Part shown: positions 62,818-64,000 of the stretch, one piece after another
Numbering within the stretch: position 1 is the stretch's first letter
How the letters are laid out: every line of letters starts with the position of its first letter
DNA from: an uncultured Bacteroides sp.
GTDB taxonomy: Bacteria > Bacteroidota > Bacteroidia > Bacteroidales > Bacteroidaceae
Direction: 5' to 3'
Length of the DNA stretch: 64,000 nucleotides
NCBI GenBank assembly: GCA_949296855.1
Contig: CASFRN010000164.1
Location: 8,127-72,126 of the forward strand
Translations under genes and position numbers: made by a program
The notes under the pieces: model-generated
What the model was told of the DNA's origin: nothing
What the model saw: the letters and a program-made list of their open reading frames with translations, nothing else
The model's database searches: none

Positions 62818-63054
62818 AATGTTACCCTTTCTTTTTTAGTTTAGTCAATCAGTTTTTTTGTTGTGATTCATGTTTTACAACACAAAAGTAATGCCTTTGT
62901 TCAAAAGAGATCTTGTATGGAAGGGGAAAAATGGCGCAAGCTGCCTGTTTTCTTGACCTGTGTCAAAAATAAAAGGTCCGTTTAGTCATATAAGTGAAAC
63001 GTCCTGCCAAACCGGCAGGTCGTTTCAGGTCAAAATGGCGCATTTAAACAGGCT

Positions 63055-64000
63055 CTAAGTTTCATTGATAAGTAATGACGAGTCGCCGTAGCTTAGGAAG
63101 CGGAAATCGTGCGCCAGTGCATAGTCGTAAATGCGGTGCCAGTCTCCTTTTACAAAGGCCGAAACCAAAAGCAGCAAGGTGCTTTGCGGCTGGTGGAAGT
63201 TGGTCACCATACGTCTGACTATCTTGTATTCGTATCCCGGCGCGATGATGATTTGTGTGCTGGTATGCAAGGCATCCAGCTGATGGCGTTCCATATAGCC
63301 GAGGATTTGCCGCAAAGCCTCGACCGTAGTAAGGGTGGGGTGCGTGTCGTAAGGTTGCCATTGTTTGACGTGCAAATCCGCTTCGTTGGCATCCGGATTC
63401 CGGCTGATGGTTACACCTATGTAATATAAGCTTTCTAATGTGCGTACCGATGTGGTGCCTATGGCTACGGCTTTTCCGTCGTGGGCGATAAGCTTACAGA
63501 TGGTGTCTTTCGATACCGATATGTATTCGGTGTGCATTTCGTGTCCGGCTATCTCTTCGCTCTTGACAGGCTTGAAGGTGCCCGCTCCTACATGGAGCGT
63601 CACTTCTTCTAAGTCCGCGCCCTTGGCTTTCAAGGCATCGAGCACCCGTTGGGTGAAATGCAATCCGGCGGTAGGAGCCGCTACCGATCCTTTAATTTTC
63701 GAATAAACCGTTTGATAGGTTTCTTTGTCGCTTTCTTGGGTTTCTCTATTTAAATAAGGTGGAATGGGCAGTTCGCCGAACATTTCGAGGATGTCGGCAA
63801 ACGTGACGTGAGGGTTGTCCCATGTGAAGTTTACCCAATGGCTGGTGCCCCGTGCCTCACCGCGTGTGGCAGTCAGGGTGATGTTTTGCCCTTTTACAGT
63901 CATTCGGCGCGTTAAGGCACCTTCTTTCCATTTTTTCAGATTGCCTATCATGCAGAGCCATGCGGCGTGTTCGGTTTGCTGGAAATTCAGCGCATAGTCA
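63055..64000 (-). CDS. queA: S-adenosylmethionine:tRNA ribosyltransferase-isomerase; the 5' end lies beyond the window
   Basis: C-terminal NFHQPQSTLLLLVSAF...FLSYGDSSLL. The reading frame stays open upstream of the listed Met (…DYALNFQQTEHAAWLCMIGN) to the window edge. Confidence 0.85.
   Translation of the reverse strand, partial: DYALNFQQTEHAAWLCMIGNLKKWKEGALTRRMTVKGQNITLTATRGEARGTSHWVNFTWDNPHVTFADILEMFGELPIPPYLNRETQESDKETYQTVYSKIKGSVAAPTAGLHFTQRVLDALKAKGADLEEVTLHVGAGTFKPVKSEEIAGHEMHTEYISVSKDTICKLIAHDGKAVAIGTTSVRTLESLYYIGVTISRNPDANEADLHVKQWQPYDTHPTLTTVEALRQILGYMERHQLDALHTSTQIIIAPGYEYKIVRRMVTNFHQPQSTLLLLVSAFVKGDWHRIYDYALAHDFRFLSYGDSSLLINET

Overview
The window looks like a Bacteroidales chromosome segment (Bacteroides/Phocaeicola-like). 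The evidence is TAnnTTTG -7 promoter boxes, no Shine-Dalgarno sequences, a type V pilus locus with DUF3575/DUF3868 genes, and GATTA-type extragenic palindromes. Gene starts were re-derived by hand because the ORF track accepts TTG/GTG starts.

Layout:
- 1-4.9 kb: a small catabolic-looking cluster with a tautomerase, a TPP enzyme, an outer-membrane protein and an MFS transporter.
- 4.95-11.8 kb: one tightly packed operon. It mixes a partner-switching signalling set (receiver-PP2C phosphatase, two STAS proteins, an RsbW-like kinase) with an AGE-fold enzyme, GlgX and a DJ-1/PfpI protein. No sigma factor gene is present.
- 11.9-27.7 kb: a membrane-anchored WD40 protein, a Y_Y_Y sensor kinase whose H-box histidine is replaced by Asp, a soluble kinase with an intact H-box, a TonB-dependent receptor, a 2,284-aa bimodular NRPS (C-A-T-C-A-T-TE, with Cys in the TE nucleophile motif), a nitroreductase and a VOC protein.
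- 27.7-28.4 kb: a repeat-rich non-coding junction.
- 28.4-38.4 kb: a type V (Mfa/Fim-like) pilus locus, interrupted by a toxin-antitoxin cassette flanked by inverted repeats.
- 38.6-44.3 kb: a six-gene operon in which every product has a signal peptide. It is centred on a caspase-like (C14) protease and ends in a Sel1/WG-repeat protein.
- 44.5-64 kb: an AAA ATPase followed by housekeeping genes (alaS, M23 peptidase, merR-like, relA/spoT, mltD-like, DUF5683, parB, parA, surE, lpxB, cdsA, ftsH, rsfS, two tRNA-Gln, queA).

The best candidates for an undescribed system are:
1. The sigma-less partner-switching/glycogen operon.
2. The sensor pseudo-kinase + kinase + TonB receptor + Cys-TE NRPS cluster.
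3. The exported caspase-like operon.

No CRISPR array, rRNA, integrase or transposase was seen. All family assignments come from motif recognition by eye; no database search was run.
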